Assembly (NCBI GenBank): GCA_951406725.2
Contig: OX597814.1
Location: forward strand, 45,818,001-45,882,000
Reading direction: 5' to 3'
Source of the DNA: Octopus vulgaris
Taxonomy: Eukaryota
DNA: 64,000 bases
The first letter of the stretch is position 1, and the number at the start of each line of letters is the position of its first letter. This document shows positions 11,430 through 25,177 of the stretch, piece after piece. The notes below the pieces were generated by a model. It had not been told where the DNA came from. It ran no database searches and saw only the letters and a program-made list of their open reading frames with translations. The position numbers were made by a program, and so were the translations under genes.

Positions 11430-13210
11430 CAATTTTTTAAACTTGCTCATTAAACTCATTTGCGTATTGTTTGATTATAAGATAAACTTTAGACTTTTCA
11501 GTTAAGCAAAGCCTGCAGTGCCCTAATCTATTCAAGTATGGAATGGTCTTCACACTGCCAGTTCTTCAGCATCCAGATAAATTGTGACAGAGATGTGAAT
11601 TTTTCTTGAATGAGTGGCGTTGTTGAGGTAAGTGATACTTGAATTCTTTTCAATGCTATCTCAAGTCATTATGGTTTTAAAAGTCACAATCCCCTTAGTG
11701 AACAGATAAAAGAATTTCAAGAGTTACAGATTGGTTAATGAGGTAGTGGCTGTGTAATTATGATTGTAGTACTTGATTTAGGAATTTATGTTGTCGACAG
11801 GATTAAGTGACCTTAATATTGTCTGAATTGAACAACTTACAGTATTTTTGTGTGGATGGGAAATGATGGCTTGCTAGATTTAGGAAATATCTGGCTACAA
11901 TAATGGTAAACTCTAAGTCATAAGACAGATTGAACTAGATTATTGTCCTCTTTTTGGCTTGACATTGACCTGTGGTTTGTCAGGGTTTTAATCAAATAGA
12001 ACTAGTGAAAGTGGTTATAGCTAGTACATTATGATAGGGAATGCTCTATTGAAGATATCAATGTTAAAGAATTAATCAGAGACTCATGAAAACTGAATAA
12101 ACGGTCACTTGCTTTTTTCACCAAGTAGGAATTATTGTTGTATAACAGTAACTTCCTAGCACTCATTGTGATGTCAGTATCTAGATCAGTAATGGTGGTG
12201 AATTCCTTCCTGAAATTCACAGCTTTCAGGATGACAGACTTAAATATGGATGAATAAAGGACTACAGTATTACACGGAGGGAACATGCAATATGTCATGC
12301 TTTCAGTATTGTGTATCCACCTGATGATAGAACACTGCAGATCCATTACTCTACTGTCATGAAGTTTCTCATCTTGAGGTTGATAATGCTGATAGGTCAA
12401 GAAAAGTTACTTTTCTAAAAAGAGGGGTTAATTGACCTATTTTTGGAGTTTGGGGAAAAAAAACTGGCTGTGATCTTTAAGAATAATGTGCTGTGTGTGC
12501 ATGATGAGATGATTCACGCAGTTTTCTATTGGGAAACTAATTCCTTTGCTTCTGTCTTTATAGAGTTTCATGTGGTGGAGCTGCATGTTTTAAATATCTT
12601 CAGGTGATGTTTGTTAGAAAGTTTGTTTCCCAATCACATGGTTTTGGGGGTTCAATCACACTGAGTGAAAACTTGGGTAAGTGTCTTCTACAATAGCACC
12701 AGACCAACCAAAAGCTTACGAGTGGATTTGGTTGACAGAAATTGAAATAAGTCCAATGTGTGTGTGTGTACATGCATGTGCCTTGGTTTTGATATGTTAT
12801 AGTTGTAGACCACTGTCACCATCATCAAGCGGTATCATTCATTTCCATTTCTTCTTTGAAAACATGTCTGATCATTGGGAAATATCTTGCATGAAACAGA
12901 TGAGGGCTGGCAACAGGAACATCGTTTGGCTAGAGAAAATATGCCTCCATGAATTCCATGGAAAAGTGAGTGTTAAAATGATGATGATATATGAACAATG
13001 GGAGGATTGTTTGAAGGATTTCATGTGGTTATTTAAGGTGTTTAGAAAGAGGTGATGTAATAACAAAACAGTTATGTTTTTATTTTTATCCAATGCTGCA
13101 TATTGGATTCAAAAACTTCAAGGTCCTAAATCTGAGGTAGAAGGCATGTTTGTATTTTGAATCCATACTTGTCTGCAGGTATTCCAGTCATCCAATTTTT
13201 GTGGATATCA
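11430..13210 (-). mobile_element. Degraded Penelope-like element (RT + GIY-YIG region), probably Naiad-like
   Basis: Minus-strand remnants: YGFKIQTCLLPQI*DLEVFESNM (N-terminus), IIRWIHN...LYSSI...KAVNF...DITMSARKLLLYNNNSYLVKK (RT), CNS*NSFICSLRGL* (CxCx5C-type linker), TSLSQFIWMLK and CRLCLTEK (endonuclease C-terminus). Interrupted by a SINE. Confidence 0.8.
12612..12988 (+). mobile_element. tRNA-derived SINE with RTE-type tail, nested in the PLE remnant
   Basis: CTTGGGTAAGTGTCTTCTACAATAGC...GAGTGGATTTGG core; ends CATGGAAAAGTGAGTGTTAAAATGATGATGAT. Confidence 0.75.
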
Positions 13211-13920
13211 TTCCAATGCTTGTGCTTAATTATGCTCACAAGGATAGCTTTCTTCAACATTTCTACCCATTCAGGTCAAGAACACAGGGAAAATTCAACA
13301 ACTGTTCACTGGGAGCTTAGTGAAAAAGAACTGACATGGCTTTTGCATTACGGCAAAGACTTAAGAGATATTTTCTATTTCAGTGGGTCACAAAACTGCA
13401 GAAATTGCCTCACTGAAAAGTTCCAGATCCTGAAACAACCTGCAAAATATTTTAGAAGTACTGCCCAGCTGCTTCTACTAGAGGAGGGTCTTCTATAAAA
13501 TTTACCTAAACTTCTAGATTTCTGAAGGATTCATTTTGTAAAAATAAGCTTTAGCCAGTTCTATTCAGCTTTTGGTGAGTAAGTAACTTCAGTGGTGAAA
13601 ACCTTGAACTGAGATTTCTCCATTTTACACCACAAAAGCACAAGAAAAGTAGTTCTGCAACCTCCAGCATATCAGTTACATGACCAGCACAAATGCACTG
13701 ACGGACTTAACACCTGGCATCATTCCCCTTTATCCACTTTATTTTCTGAAGCATCGCAGGCAAAAACCTAGTGTATGTGTGAAACATAGTAATGAAGAGA
13801 TGAGTCATTAACAGTTTTCCAAAAAATATAAACTCTTCCTCATTTTTTGAATGCATAAAAGTGTGTGTTTGTGTATTAAGCTATTATGCTCAACACAAAT
13901 TGATGCATGCATGCAGCAAA

Positions 13921-14590
13921 AGTGAGGAATGGTGGCACTGCGAAAGAAAGATCCAAACAAGGGGAATACCATAGATGACTTCAGGCCCATCACTCTACTC
14001 AATGCAGATTCAAAGATTTTGAAGATGTTAGCCAAGAGGTTGGCGCTAGTCATTGGGAAACTGGCTGACAAGGCGCAAATGTGCGCTGTACCGAGCAGGA
14101 GTATCCATGACATCCTCCATCTGATGCTACATCATAGACAAGGTAGTTAGAGAACCTGGCATGGACGAGGTGTTGATCAATTTAGATCAATCCAAAGCTT
14201 CCGATAGGGTAGATAATCGATACTTGGAGGCTGTCCTCATAGCGGCTAGTTTCAGTCCTGTTTTCCATGGCTGGATCACTGTCTTATACAGCGGCATCTG
14301 TTCAGTAGTTCGCATGAATAGGCATCTATCCTGACCATTTGACATTGCACATTCAGTCTGTCAAGGATACCCCTTCTCGTCACTTCTGTACATTTTGACT
14401 CTTCAGCCACTACTGTGGAAGCTGGCAACGCTAAGGAGGACACCACAAGAATTGGGATGTGGGACGAGTGTATCTGCATACGTGGACGACGTCACCTTTA
14501 TAGAGTTTAGCCATGGCCATATTGATCTAGTCAGCGAGACACTAAAAGAATACGAAGCGGTAACAGGAGCAAAAATTAACTGGAAAAGTC
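13921..14590 (+). mobile_element. Tx1/L1-clade LINE reverse-transcriptase fragment (pseudogenised)
   Basis: DFRPITLLNADSKIL...LAKRL, LDQSKASDRV, SVCQGYPFSSLLYIL and AYVDDVT motifs across frames, with frameshifts and stops. Confidence 0.88.
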
Positions 14591-14599
14591 ACTTGGCGC

Positions 14600-15387
14600 A
14601 ACCCTCAGGTATCAGTCTACTGATGGGTGACATCAACTGAAGTCCTACTGCCATGTGGTGCATCTTTGGTTTGCAATGCTTCTCCCCTGTTTGTTGATTT
14701 TTGCAATGGCTAAAATGAAAGAATAGCATGCTTTTGTGAAATTCTGTTTTATGCTGGGGAAAACAGCGGCTGAAACAGTTGTCATGCTTCAAGCAGATTA
14801 CAAGGACACTGCAATGAGCAAAACACAAGTTTATGAGCGGTTTCCACGCTTTAAGAATGGTCACTTGTTGACCAATCTTGTTCAGGATAGCTGTCAACCT
14901 CCCAAACGAATGAAAACATCATGAAAATTCATGAACTAATTTTGGAGGACTGTCACCAAACAACTGACAAACTTGTTTATATGACTGGTATGTCCTGAAG
15001 CTCCTGCCAACGAATTTTGAGCAAGAAATTGCAAATGAATCGAGTTGCAGCAAAATTTGTGCCTTGCTTCCTCATGGAAGATCAAAAGCAGTCACAACTG
15101 AATGCATGTCATAAACTGAAAGAACAACTGGAAGTTGATCTGGACCTTTTTTTGAAGGTCATCATTGGTGACCAAAAGCTGGTGCTATGGAATTTGTAGA
15201 TGTGGAGTCGTTAAAAGGTATCACTTTGCAAGAGTTCCAGCACTGCTTTGAATGGTGGAAAATGTGTCTGGACTAATGCATGTTCACACACACAATAGAG
15301 AATACTCTGAAGGTGATAAAAGTGTAAACATGTAAAAGTGAGTAAAATAATATTGCAAAATTCCAGTTTCTTTTGGATATCCCCTCA
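14600..15387 (+). mobile_element. Mariner transposon relic with internal deletion
   Basis: KFCFMLGKTAAETVVMLQADYKDTAMSKTQVYERFPRFKNG (paired-like HTH), RVAAKFVP, KVIIGD, then C-terminal EFQHCFEWWK...EYSEGD. Right end TTTTGGATATCCCCTC is TIR-like. Confidence 0.85.
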
Positions 15388-15397
15388 TGTGTGTGTG

Positions 15398-15437
<40 letters not shown>

Positions 15438-16382
15438 AATCTGTAGCTTCATATCTAACATATATAGCATAAACTTAGCTTAAATTATCTAAACAGAATA
15501 TGCCTAAATAATTTGAAAACAATATAAACAAATTTAGCTTTGCTAAAATTCCTATAAAAATACTAGATTTCTTTGAAGGATATATTTTCTATAAAATATT
15601 ATGCTAAAAGGGAAATTAATAATCGAAATTAAATGACCATTAAAAATCGTTGAAGATTAAAAAAGACTTTTAACAATGTTTGAACTACTTTTTTTAAACT
15701 CTCTTCAGGATTTTAAATAGACTTGAAATGAGTAAAAGATAAAGAGTAACAACTAGTTTGGAAGGGGCTATTGCACATAACTCTGTTATCTGGTAACTTG
15801 CTTAAATGTGTGTTAGTGTATTTATGAAAGACTTTTTTATTTTAATCTTAGTGGTTTAATTGTAGAAATTTAGTATCATGAATAGCAAATATGCAAGAAC
15901 TGAAATTATTTCAATACAATGCAATGTATAGTTAATGCTCCAGAAATATTATAATGAATAACTATATTTTCTAAAATATCTTTTGCTTTTTTATATTCAC
16001 TCTCACATTAAAGCACCCGAGTTTCCATACTAACAGAAGTTATAAATACATCTATTAATGCATCTGTAACCTGAATCATCTTATCTATGAGGGTCAAAAC
16101 TCACAGGTTTTGTTTAATTTGTTTTTATCAGGTCTTTCTAGAATTCTCCAGCAAATAGATACCCTCCACAACAGAACATATTTATTCACAGTACATGTTC
16201 ATTCTAATGTAATCACCTGCTGAATTTATAGTGACCTTATTGTTTTGGTGTTAATTTTGTCAATTCACAAATATAAGACTTTGTAGGTTAATGTTTTAAG
16301 TCTAACTTACCAAATTCCACTTATTCTTCTCTAATTACTGTCATTCATTTCTACTGTTTGTGTTTCATTACCACACAGTATC

Positions 16383-16536
16383 ATATACACACACATATGT
16401 TCACACACACACAAATATATATATATATATATACATATATACATACACACATATATACATACATATATATATATACACATACATACATATATATATATAC
16501 ACACACACACATATATATATATATATACATATACAC
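16383..16536. repeat. Compound (AT)/(AC) microsatellite
   Basis: Seen directly; explains the spurious YI/HT-rich ORFs. Confidence 0.95.
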
Positions 16537-16540
16537 ATTT

Positions 16541-16790
16541 ATCTAATGTATAAAATCCATTCTGTATGTCTGTTTTTTGTGAGCTTAGAGCACAAGTATT
16601 GTTCATCCGATTGCACTGAAATTTTAAACATGGATACATGAGAGAGTGGGGCATTCCCTAATCTAAAAAGATTTTCAAAATTGTCAGTTTCAAAGTGAGA
16701 ATCGCTATTTTTGTAATCTTTTTGTCCTGTTTCTTCCGCCATCCTGTTCATTAACCGATGTTCTAAACAATTCATTTCTACGTTTTCACA
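16541..16790 (+). mobile_element. Possible non-autonomous Helitron-like 5' fragment
   Basis: A|TCTAATGTATAAAA...TGTATGTCTG...CCGATTGCACTGAAATTTT resembles animal non-autonomous Helitron 5' ends. No 3' end found. Confidence 0.4.
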
Positions 16791-17029
16791 TTTAAATGAC
16801 AGATATATGTGAATAAAGCTTGCTATTTGTAAATAGTCTCATTTTGATATAAATATTAGACCACAAACAACTGTATTCATTTCTGCATTTTCACATGTTT
16901 GAAAATAAAGCAAATAAATAACTGATGATTACTCAATTTTCTGAAGATATTCTCAACAAAATTCAATTGAAAGTAGAAAAGACTAATTGATTGCTTATAA
17001 AATGTGAAAAATTTGGAGAACAATGTATC

Positions 17030-17830
17030 GGATAGTCTGTCATGGATCAATTGTGCTGTAACTCTTTCTATGGCCTTCAAAACATTATCTAGAAGTTTGA
17101 TTCTCTATAATTTCTTCTACAATGTATAACTTGATTAACTATCTAGTTGTTAATCGTATATCCTACCTCACTGGATATTTTGAGCGTCTCTGCAACTATC
17201 CTTGAAGGACCTGCAACTTTCCCGTTCTTCATGTTTTTGATCGCTTTATCAAATATGCTCCTGTGAACATGAATTACTTGTCCTTCTGAAGAGTCAGCAT
17301 GAGTTAGCCACTTATATCCTATGCAATGTCCATGTTCAGTTGCCACTCATAAGTGCACTATCAACCCTTGCCGTCCACATCACGGGCAAGTATACTTTGA
17401 TCATTCTTACCAATGACATCTCAGTTTATTCTCATACTCTCACACACTTTCTCTCAATCCTGAACACCTCAAACCTCTGATCTCATGTTGCAAAACAAGC
17501 ACAAATCTCTTCTTTCCTGCTTCATCCCTAGCCAAGTACACTGGTCACCAAGCAACTCTTTGAGCCATTTCATAATGCACCCTACTACCACTGCTGTCCT
17601 AGCTTTACCAAGCCTGTCTCTTAGTTTTTACTAGCCTATCAACCAAATTATTCCACCATCATGCCACTTTTGGCTTGATGAGACACTATCTGACAAACAT
17701 ATTTGATATATGTACTTCTAAACAGGTTTTTTCAGAGAATCTGTTTATCATCTACACCACAGGTATCTAAGTCTTTGTCCCTACAGGCTTATGTTTCAAT
17801 TAGAATTTCTCAAAATCTATTCACCCAAAT
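17030..17830 (-). mobile_element. Degraded RTE LINE internal fragment (pre-RT and RT N-terminus)
   Basis: AIKNMKNGKVAGPSRIVAETLKISSEVGY and MKAIERVTAQLIHDRLS match the start of the RT ORF at 36845. Confidence 0.8.
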
Positions 17831-17995
17831 CCCATACACATACATACGAATGTGTAGTGTGTGTATATATATATATATATACATATTGCATACACATCTA
17901 TATCTACATGCTTATACATAGATATATTCCTACATATATACATACATATATTCAAATACACACACATATATACACACACACACACATATATACAT

Positions 17996-18397
17996 ACTCT
18001 TTACTCTTTTACTCGTTTCAGTCATTTGACTACGGCCATGCTGGAGCAGTGCCTTTAGTCAAGCAAATCAACCCCAGGACTTATTCTTTGGAAGCCTAGT
18101 ACTTATTCTATCAGTCTCTTTTACTGAACTGCTAAGTTACGGGGACATAAACACACCAGCATCAGTTGTCAAGCGATGTTGGGGGACAAACACAGACACA
18201 CAAACATATACACGCACACATGCATATATATATACGACAGGCTTCTTTCAGTTTCTGTCTGCCAAATCCACTCACAAGGCTTTGGTCGGCCCGAGGCTAT
18301 AGTAGAAGACACTTGCCCAAGGTGTCACACAGTGGGACTGAACCCGGAACTATGTGGTTGGTAAGCAAGCTACTTACCACACAGCCACTCCTGCGCC
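17996..18397 (-). mobile_element. Full-length tRNA-derived SINE family 1
   Basis: Head GGCGCAGGAGTGGCTGTGTGGTAAG...GGGTTCAGTCCC, core CCTTGGGCAAGTGTCTTCTACTATAGCC, internal (AT/GT)n, tail TGACTGAAACGAGTAAAAGAGTAAAGAG. Near-identical copy at 55486-55889. Confidence 0.92.
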
Positions 18398-18463
18398 TAT
18401 ACATATGTGTATATATAAATATATATATATATCATCATCATTTAACATCCATTTTCCATGCTA

Positions 18464-18498
<35 letters not shown>

Positions 18499-18651
18499 TA
18501 TATATATATATACACACACACATGCACATACATATCTTTAACTTGTTTCAGTCATTAGGAGCAACACTTTCAAGAATTTCAAATGAATGAATTCACCCCA
18601 GAATTTTTTTTTACAGATATTTATGCATATGTACATATACATATACATTAT

Positions 18652-18997
18652 AGGTGTGGCTGTGGTAAGAAGCTTGCTTCCTAACTCCATGGTTCTAGGT
18701 TCAGTCCGACCACATGGCACCTTGGGCAAGTGTCTTCTGCTATAGCCTTGGGCCGACCAAAGCCTTGTGAGTGGATTTGGTAGATGGAAATGTATATGTT
18801 TGTGTGTCTGTATTTGTGCCCCCACTATCGCTTGGCAACTAATGTTGGTGTGTTTATGTCTCCGTAACTTCTTAGTGGTTCGGCAAAAAGACCAATAGAA
18901 TAAGTACTAGGCTTACAAAGAATAAGTCCTGGGTTGATTTCTTTGACTAGAGGCATTGCTCCAGCATGGTCACAGTCAAATGACTGAAACAATAGAA
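18652..18997 (+). mobile_element. tRNA-derived SINE family 1
   Basis: Same head, core and tail as 17996-18397, in the opposite orientation. Confidence 0.9.
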
Positions 18998-19019
18998 TGC
19001 ATATACATATATATATGTC

Positions 19020-19414
19020 TAAAGGGTAGACCCAGGAAGGCATAGGACAAAGTGATGAGAAAGGATTTTTGGACGCTAGGCCTCACTGAGGAAATGACAA
19101 GGGAACGAGAGTTGTGGCCAATTTGCTGTACTTGAGAAGATGTGTCTAGCTAAGTGAAATTGCTGTCATCCATACATACAGGCTTGTCCCTTACAGGTGC
19201 CAGTGCCACATAAAATGCACTCATGCCAGTGGTGTGTAAATGTTGGTGGCACGTAAAGAGCACCCAGCACACTCTGTGAAGTGGTTGGTGTTAGGAAAGG
19301 CACCCTCCCTTAGAAACCATATCACAACAGATAACTGGGGTCTGGATAGCTCTTGTCAAACCAATCAATGCATGCCAGCATGGAAAAAGGATGTTAAACA
19401 ACGATGATGATGAA
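19020..19414 (+). mobile_element. RTE LINE 3' end
   Basis: GGTAGACCCAGGAAG...GGCCTCACTGAGGAAATGAC, 3' UTR repeats and (GAT)n tail. Confidence 0.8.
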
Positions 19415-19458
19415 TATATATATATATATATATATGCATACCAATATATACATAAAAA

Positions 19459-19659
19459 AGGCGGCAAGTTGGCAGAAACGTTAGCATGCCGTGCAAATGC
19501 TTAGCAGTATTTGTCTGTCTTTACATTCTGAGTTCAAATCCCACCAAGGTTGACTTTGCCTTCCATCCTTTCGGGGTCAATAGATTAAGTACCAGTTGTG
19601 TACTAGGGTCAATCTAATCGACTACACACTCCCCCCAAATTTTGGGCCTTGTGCCTGGA

Positions 19660-19660
<1 letters not shown>
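19459..19660 (+). mobile_element. tRNA-derived SINE family 2
   Basis: GGCGGCAAGTTGGCAGAAACGTTAGC...GAGTTCAAATCCC...GCCTTCCATCCTTTCGGGGTC; homologous to 10172-10392. Confidence 0.85.
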
Positions 19661-19693
<33 letters not shown>

Positions 19694-20884
19694 TCGTTTA
19701 ACATCTGTTTTTCATGCTAGCATGGGTTGGACGGTTCGACCAGGGTCTGGGAAGCCAGGAGGCTGCACCAGACATATATATATATATATATATGTACATA
19801 TATACATATACATACATATATGTGTATATATAAATTTATACACACATATACATATATCATGTATTTATCTATAAATATTGAGATGTATATACAGGCATAG
19901 ATATACACTCACATATTCCTACCTACATAGGCACATATACTGATACCTACATATTGTTATATATAAATATGCATTCATACTATCATATACATATGCATAC
20001 ATACATAAGCACACACACATACATTCTTGTAGAAACAGAAGCTTCTGTATAGTGTGATTTAACCAATTCCTTTATCATACAACCTTTATGTAGTAAAAAC
20101 AATTAAGTTAACTGGTTTGCTAAGAAAATTCAATTTATAACAGTTTGTATACACTACATGTAGTCAATTACATAAATTTCAAATGTAAATCAGAGTGAAT
20201 TTAAGGAAACATTTCACATCTGACAACTGAAGAGAATAATTTTCCCTATTCCCTCATCACTAGTTCGCATGTCATCTGTCAAACATAGAATATGACATGT
20301 ATTTATGGAGTCATTCTTCTTCATTCAGGGTTTGTGAGGAAGCTAAATATTTTGAGTCCAAAATGGTGTCAATACTCCAAGAGAACAGCAGTTGTGGGAG
20401 CCATATTATATCAGCAGCTGCACATAGTTAACCAAGATGTTTGAACATCCAGTAGATAGAGAGATATAAGATAAGGCAACACTAATTTAATGTCAGTAAT
20501 GGAAACTTAAATCTACAGTCACTGAGAAGCCCCTTGCAAGAGAGAAAGTGGTGGGTGATGGGAGAAATTGCTGTGAGAAACAGTTGTTATACTTTTTCAC
20601 AAACAGATTTAAAGATAAAAAAAAAAGATGAAGATATTTCATATCTACACATTCTCTTTGCAACAATGGAAGAGCCAGTGAAAAATGAGGGAAAAGAATA
20701 CCTATTTTTACTTAGATGCAACCTATTTTAAATTATAAAAAGAATAATTAACAAATCAACTCTTAACATTGCTAGCATATTAAAATATTTTAAGGTTAAA
20801 TGTCTTTATGGAGTACTTAAAAAAACTGATTTTTACAGTTTTAATCAAAAGAAAAGCAAAACAACAAATATTCCATCACTAAAA

Positions 20885-21090
20885 TCTTTTATCTTTTTCT
20901 TGTTTCAGTTATTATTAGACTGCAGCCATGCTGGAGCACCAACTTAAAGAACTTTTAGTCGAATGAACTTTTCTTTAAGCCTGGCATTTATTCTATCAGT
21001 CTCTTTTGCTAGATTACAGGGATGTAAACACATCAACATCAGTTGTCAAGCAGTGGCGGCAGTGGGGTGCAGACACAAACACACACACAC

Positions 21091-21131
<41 letters not shown>

Positions 21132-21255
21132 GATGGGCTTCTTTCAATTTCTGTCTACTGAATCCACTCAGAAGGCATTGGGTTGGCACAAGGCTATAGT
21201 AGAAGCTTCTTGTCCAAGGTGCCACAAAGTGGAACTGAACTCAGAACCATGTGCC
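20885..21255 (-). mobile_element. tRNA-derived SINE family 1, older copy
   Basis: Diverged match to 17996-18397. Confidence 0.75.
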
Positions 21256-24200
21256 ATTGCTTAATTTATTTTTCTTTTATGGACAGAATTTCAAAAAGAA
21301 ATAATAGACCAAAAAAAAAATCGAAATTATAGATAAAAAATATTTGAATGTGTAATTAAATTACAGGTATATTAAAACACAGATTCATATTTATATTCAA
21401 ATTGACAAAGTACATTGATAATATTCTCTGAATCATAATAAATTACTTTTCTAATTATTCTTCTTGGCTATCATTTATAGATACTTGTTAGATCAGTTAA
21501 ATTTTTAACAGCAATCAAATTATTCAGTATACTGTTCTGTATTGAAAATTATTTACATATCTTTTTTTAGTAACAGTTAATTTATGTTTCAAATGAATTA
21601 CATAACTTTAGATAATACTAATGAACTTCATGGTTCAAGTTGAATTGAGAATGAAAATATAAGAATAAGTCTTAAAGATCTGTAAACTTAATGCATAGAT
21701 CTAGAGCACAGGAGTTAAGTAGGTTCCAATAATTAACTTAGAAGCCACAAATTTAGTTTTGTGGTCTATATTTAAAACAAAGTTTGGTTAAATATAGTTC
21801 ATAACATGTTTGTCCAGTTAAAAAGAATAATACCAGGCAACAAGCTTAAGCTGTCACGTGAAGCAACCGATATTTTAGTATTCTAAAACTAAACAAAATA
21901 GATAAATAAAATAAAATAATGGAGAACTGCAAAAAAATAAAACAAAACCCTACAAGTTTTGAATAATACTAATTAAAATGTTGCAAAAGAAAAGAAAGAA
22001 AAGGCAGGAGGGGCTTCCTCTACTTGACTTATGTTTCAAATCAAAAGGAAAATTAAATTCAAGTTGAAAAAAATAACTGAGCCTTGGAAGCATATTAGAA
22101 CTAAAATGTTTTTCTTTTTATGATTAAAGCTAACAATCATTAAATTTAGAAATGTTAATTTAACATTGTAGAATGTTAATGTGTTGCATTACTATACATA
22201 TAAAATTTGGTCAAAAATTCCTTTCTAATTTTTTATTTTATTTTAACAGCTAATGTTTGGAAACAACAATAAAATCAAAAAAAGAAAGTATGAAAGTTTT
22301 TATGTCTATATTCTAATAGTCATTGTTTTTTCTATTTATATTTAAATAATAATGTGCCAAGTCACTGGATTATGAATAAAAGAGTTTATTTGGTACATTA
22401 TGTCTTTTGCCCTTAGTGGCATTCATTAACTCAAGAAAGTATTTTATGAATGCAGTGGTGTAAAACCATCATCAGCGGAAGATAAAAAAATGTGTCACAT
22501 TTCAATAGAGGAAGAGACTGCTTGCTGCTTAATTATATACAAATATTACCTTTGGTTATTACAGAAGGCAGCTAGCTAATGGGGATAATTATCGAGTCAA
22601 CTTGAAGACCTTTTACACTGAAGTTGTTTCGGAGAGGAAATGTTTTGACAGGAGTGAGTATCTGGCATTATTTGTGGATAAGTTTTCTTAAGGTCAAACA
22701 GATTCAACACTTAAGTGTCATCAAAGTAGCTTCAACTGATAGCAGTGACAACTCCTAAGTTGTAATCCTACAAGTCACGCCTGCTACTAACATTTAAGAT
22801 GAGTAGTCTCTGAAATCGGGATAGCATCAGAGCAATTGCGTTTTTTTTTGTTTTTTTTAAATTTCTGTTTCTTTTCCGTTATCAACATCATCAACAACAG
22901 CTATTAACACAGAATTTGTAAGCTTAATCCTAAATGACTAATAAATTAATTATGAATTTAATACAAATAAAATTGAAACAACTTAGCAAATGCATCGAAA
23001 ATGATTGGAGTAAAAATTTCAAAACTGTTTAAAATTCAACATTAAATGAAAACTTATCAAACTGGTGATGGCGGGGCACTTAATACAGTATCGTGGTGGT
23101 TTTACTTTGATCTAGGTTATTATTCTTGTCTGAAAAGACCTATGATTAAGAATATTCCAGTTGTGACCATCCTGCCTTTTTAGCCGGCTGCGTGCACACA
23201 TGACTACATTATTCAATACGTCATCTAAGTTAGTTGATAGAAGTGCAGCTGCTATTTCTAGGAGAGGGACTGTGCAGAAACTCCCTTGTTGGCACCTAGT
23301 AGCATGGTTGTTGTTGATTAGCCCTACGTCAGACCTGATTGAGCTGACGTATGATCAAAGGCATTTCAACCGAGACTATCCCGTTTTTCTCAATGTACAA
23401 AGAACCCGGGACTATATCCAGAGTTCTTTTTTTTTTTTTTTTTATGATGGTACTGATGTAATTTCAGGGAATTTGGCTGATTTTCAAGCGATCACATAAC
23501 GGCTCTCCGTTGATTCATAGTATCGTGGTATTTATCTTAGGTGCAAGCAATTAGCTTTTTAGAAGTTCAAAACGAAATTTGTGCAAGTCATTTATATTGG
23601 GATTATAAAACGAAAACATATTCGTTATTCTTTAGGTAACGAAACAGATGATAATAATGATAATCTAATGTTAATACATAAGCTCAGATTCAAGGGAATC
23701 AAGCGGAATGAAGAGAAATTACGATATTGTTAGAATGAAAAGAGGTGGGAACCAGTGGAATATATGAAATGCTGAGCGGAAGGGGATGCTGCAATGAAAA
23801 TGGGAAGAAAATTATTAAAACAAAAATGGGGCACAAACCAAAAATGGAAATAAGGAGGTTATAAAGCGAAGGTTTATCTAAATTTCGCAATTATAGAGTA
23901 AAATGTAAGAAAATTGTTTGAATCTATGAGTTGTCAAAATAAAAAAAAGACCCACAAAATGTGATAAATAAATGAAAGAACCATATAAAAGAAGAATCTA
24001 CAAATGATGAGTTGATTAATCCAAGGTAAATTTATTTCCAAGTCTTATCGGAATGCTAAGGCGAGTAGAGATTCTACAAGATATCTATTATGTTCACTGA
24101 AACCAAAATGCATATCACAACATTCACTTAAAATACATCACAATGGAGAAATATAACGGCACGGTGACGAAGGTAAATTATTTTCTAGTTTCAATGAAAA

Positions 24201-25101
24201 TGAATTAACATAGGAACAATGAAGGAATTTCGGTAAAAAAAGAGATAAAATTCCTAAGGGCTCAATCATTTTATCTGAACCCAGTGTGAATGTATGAAGA
24301 AGTTTCAGAATGAATCACCGATAGAAATAACGAGTAAGGTAGTAGCAGCCCGGTCGGAATGTTGAGCAGACGTGGTATATTCACAATTGATCATTAATAG
24401 ATTTATAACGTCGACTAACTTTCTAAATCTTTAATTTATGGGCTTTGAAACTTAAAAAAAAATATGATTGTGCCAAAGCTAATTTTTAAATTAATATATT
24501 TTGCATTACTGCATTACTACAGTTTAATGGTTAATCGCTTGTTTAAATATTCATTAAGGTGGGAAATTTCGAGGCAAAATATGGGAATTAATGACTATAG
24601 GATAATGCAGAATATATAATATATATATATACACATCTACATAATTACAGTCGTGTGTACCATATGAAAGAGGGAGATAGAGAAAGAAATACACGTTCTG
24701 ATATGTATTATTGTCTAATTTATACAAGCGCTAGAAAGATAGGTACGAAATATGTACAAATATAAGCGTAGTTACATTAAATATATAAGTATATTAATAA
24801 TATTTCAACAAAAATTCCTCGAGAAGTCAAGCAGATTAACCGAACCCATCCCTTTTTTTCCGCAACAGTAATTAAAAAAATATCATAAGATCCTGCTGAC
24901 GAAAATAAATATAGTTTCATTGAAATATGAAAATTACAATCGGCTTCGCTTATATATATATATACACGGTGGAATTGCAACTTATATCGGTGATAATTAC
25001 AAACAGAGCAACACCTAGCGAACACATGATAGATATGCTGGGTAGAAAGAAAAGTATGACCAACAGCCGACAGTAGAAATTCTTGAAAGGAAAAAACTTA
25101 C

Positions 25102-25175
25102 CCATATTCCTATTTGACTGGTGAATTAGCAGGCAGACAGTTTAGAAACTGATGCTAAAGACAAACGACAGTAAA
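25102..25175 (-). other. Candidate first exon of a minus-strand host gene, ending ATG-G|GTAAGT
   Basis: Minus strand reads ...AATAGGAATATGG|GTAAGTTTTTT, a consensus donor at 25101, with ATG at 25105-25103. Lies just downstream of an NRF1 palindrome within a CpG-retaining zone. Downstream exons not identified. Confidence 0.55.
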
Positions 25176-25177
25176 CT

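Noticed and set aside
16331-16654. Numerous YI/HT/CV-rich ORFs across the window
   Set aside because: Artefacts of (AT)n, (AC)n and (GT)n microsatellites.
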